Below, piece by piece: positions 62,095 through 64,000 of a DNA stretch of 64,000 nucleotides; position 1 is the first letter of the stretch, and every line of letters starts with the position of its first letter. The position numbers were made by a program, and so were the translations under genes. This DNA comes from an uncultured Victivallales bacterium (GTDB lineage Bacteria > Verrucomicrobiota > Kiritimatiellia > UBA8416). Location: the NCBI GenBank assembly GCA_964387425.1, contig CAYLXP010000001.1, positions 19,452 to 83,451 of the forward strand, written 5' to 3'. The notes under the pieces are model-generated. The model worked only from the letters and a program-made list of their open reading frames with translations, searched no databases and was not told the origin of the DNA.

Positions 62095-63864
62095 TCAGGA
62101 TTCGAACTGCATGTCGTGGAGGCGCTTGTAGGTGCCGCCGAGGGCGAGGAGTTCGTCGTGGGTACCGAGCTCGACGAGAATGCCCTTGTCCAGCACCACG
62201 ATACGGTCGCAATTCTTTATGGTAGAGAGCCGGTGGGCAATAGCGAAGACCGTGCGACCTTCAACCAGTTCATCCAGGGCTTCCTGCACGAGCCGTTCAG
62301 ACTCGGTATCGAGGGCACTGGTGGCTTCATCAAGAATCAGGACGGAGGGATTGTTGAGAATCGCACGCGCGATGGCCAGTCGCTGCCGCTGACCGCCGGA
62401 AAGACGGACACCCAACTCGCCAACGTTGGTGTCGTAGCCATCGGGCATTTCAAGAATGAAGTCATGCGCGTGGGCACGTCTGGCCGCCTGCTCAACGTCC
62501 TCCCGTGATGCATCCGGCCGGCCATAGGCGATATTGTTGGCGACCGTGTCGTTGAACAGGAAGGTCTCCTGGGTCACAAGCCCCATCTGCTGTCTCAGCG
62601 AACGCAGGGTCATGCTGCGGATGTCGGTGCCATTGACGAGGATGCTCCCGGAGGTGACATCAAAGAACCGCGGTAGCAGGTTCACCAGCGTTGTCTTGCC
62701 GGCTCCGGATCCGCCAACTAGCGCGATACGCTCACCGGCCTTGACGTCGAGACTGACACCGTCCAGTACACGCTCTTCTTCGTAAGCAAATCCGACCTTG
62801 TCGAAGGTGATGCTCTCAACGGAACCTTCGAAGGCGACGGCATCCGGAGAATCATGGACAGCCACCTCGGTATCCATGATCTCGAAGATGCGGTCCGCGG
62901 CAGCCGAGCTCTGCTGAATACTCAGGTGGATCTTGCTGAGCCGCTTGACAGGGTCATACAGCAACATCAGGGCGATAGCGAGAGTGATGAACTCGTTCCA
63001 CTTCATGCCGGTGTGGGCCGCATAGGCCAGCGCGAAGACGAGACCAAATCCCGAGATCACCACGATGATCGGTTCAATCAACGCCTTGGCCTTCACCACG
63101 CGCATGACGCGGCGGAAGAACCCATGGCACTGCCCGGCAAAGCGGCTCTGTTCGCGATCTTCCATGCAGAACGCCTTGACAATTCGGACCCCCAGGATGG
63201 TCTCCTGCATGATGGAAACGATCTCGGCCAAACGCTCCTGCCCTTCGCGCGAGGCGCGGCGAACCCGTTTACCAAAGCCGAGAATCGGCAACAGGCAGAG
63301 CGGAAAAAGCACCAGGCAGGAGAGGGCCAGCTTCCAGTCACGTGTGACCGCATAGGTGATGGCCCCGACCAACACAATGGGCTGACGAGCCAGATCGGTC
63401 AACACGGTGGAGACCGCTCGCTCCAGCAGGGTCGAATCGTTAACGGTCCGCGAGATCATCTCGCCCGTTTCGGTCGCATTGTAGAAGCCGACAGAGAGAT
63501 CCTGCAGGTGGGAAAAGGTCGCCACGCGCATGTCCATAACCACACGATTGCCGACCCACTGCACGAGATAGGCATTGAAATACTGCCCAACGCCGCGCAC
63601 AAACATAAGCAGAATAACGCCACCGCCCAGCATAACGGCGACCCTCATATCGAGGGCTTGCTCCGGATCAAAGAACCGTCCCAGCGCTTCCTGGACCGTG
63701 GGGAGCAATCCCACCGTAGACCCGGCGAACAGGATGCCACACAGGGCGCCCACCACAAGCCGCCAGACATAGGGCCGCGCGAAACGGATCAGGCGCTTGT
63801 ACGTATCCCAATCACTGCGCGTGGTATGTGAAGTTTCCGGCATCCATTTCCCCGTCTTGTGCAA
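62095..63864 (-). CDS. msbA: ABC transporter permease/ATPase, MsbA-like lipid exporter
   Basis: 589 aa with a six-TM domain, then Walker A GGSGAGKTT, signature LSGGQRQR and Walker B VLILDEATSALD. Confidence 0.85.
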   Translation of the reverse strand: MHKTGKWMPETSHTTRSDWDTYKRLIRFARPYVWRLVVGALCGILFAGSTVGLLPTVQEALGRFFDPEQALDMRVAVMLGGGVILLMFVRGVGQYFNAYLVQWVGNRVVMDMRVATFSHLQDLSVGFYNATETGEMISRTVNDSTLLERAVSTVLTDLARQPIVLVGAITYAVTRDWKLALSCLVLFPLCLLPILGFGKRVRRASREGQERLAEIVSIMQETILGVRIVKAFCMEDREQSRFAGQCHGFFRRVMRVVKAKALIEPIIVVISGFGLVFALAYAAHTGMKWNEFITLAIALMLLYDPVKRLSKIHLSIQQSSAAADRIFEIMDTEVAVHDSPDAVAFEGSVESITFDKVGFAYEEERVLDGVSLDVKAGERIALVGGSGAGKTTLVNLLPRFFDVTSGSILVNGTDIRSMTLRSLRQQMGLVTQETFLFNDTVANNIAYGRPDASREDVEQAARRAHAHDFILEMPDGYDTNVGELGVRLSGGQRQRLAIARAILNNPSVLILDEATSALDTESERLVQEALDELVEGRTVFAIAHRLSTIKNCDRIVVLDKGILVELGTHDELLALGGTYKRLHDMQFES

Positions 63865-63882
63865 TCCGCAGGACTGGCGGAC

Positions 63883-64000
63883 TCAGGTGTATTTCACGAC
63901 CTCGTCAACCGTTGTGTATCCGTCCAGCAGACATTGAATACCGTGCTGACGCATGGTGGTCATGCCAAGCTCAATGGCCTTCTCTCGAATGACCAGTGTC
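63883..64000 (-). CDS. C-terminal end of a second GspE/PilB/PilT-family secretion ATPase (partial, runs off the window)
   Basis: Hand translation of the minus strand gives ...TLVIREKAIELGMTTMRQHGIQCLLDGYTTVDEVVKYT, then a stop (TGA at 63883-63885). This is typical of the C-terminus of this ATPase family. Confidence 0.6.
   Translation of the reverse strand, partial: TLVIREKAIELGMTTMRQHGIQCLLDGYTTVDEVVKYT

Overview
High-GC bacterial chromosomal window with no rRNA, CRISPR array or recognisable transposase or integrase. The gene content points to a PVC-superphylum-like organism, but this is inference only. That content includes several DUF1080 proteins, Cys-type sulfatases, a DUF2723 membrane protein, a lipoprotein secretin, and a Rieske/cyt b complex with a multihaem cytochrome c.

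Layout:
1. 0.3-3.1 kb: a small membrane ORF and a TonB-dependent receptor.
2. 3.25-16.23 kb: one tightly packed minus-strand operon. Its order is zwf, GltD/NfnB-like flavo-FeS protein, Rieske, cytochrome b, decahaem cytochrome c, NapA-like molybdoenzyme, NapG-like, NapH/CcoG-like. A divergent Fe-S-type Rrf2 regulator and two perfect palindromes lie upstream.
3. 16.9-21.6 kb: molybdenum-cofactor operon (moeA, moaA, moaC, MOSC::mogA, mobB::mobA), preceded by a candidate Moco riboswitch.
4. 21.9-29.9 kb: a lipoprotein with two DUF1080 domains joined by a metallothionein-like Cys/Lys repeat linker, a DUF2723/TPR giant membrane protein, rsmE, and a secreted DNRLRE-type protein interrupted by one in-frame TGA.
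5. 30-38 kb: dnaJ-grpE, a STAS protein, three GT4 glycosyltransferases, and rplU-rpmA-obg.
6. 38-49 kb: outer-membrane proteins, tRNA-Ala, azoR, and a secretin-first pilus/T2SS-like cluster (secretin, PilM::PilN, PilO-like, PilP-like, PilB/GspE).
7. 49-64 kb: pgm, lipA, tRNA-Asn, a sulfatase / unknown 802-aa protein / sulfatase locus, a DUF1080 protein, galE, trpB2, msbA and a partial second secretion ATPase.

The most interesting items are these:
- The Rieske/cyt b - NAD(P)H-module - Nap supra-operon coupled to zwf.
- The metallothionein-like linker.
- A family of intergenic tandem heptamer/octamer arrays that often build imperfect long palindromes (STRR-like).
- The Moco riboswitch candidate.
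- The in-frame TGA.
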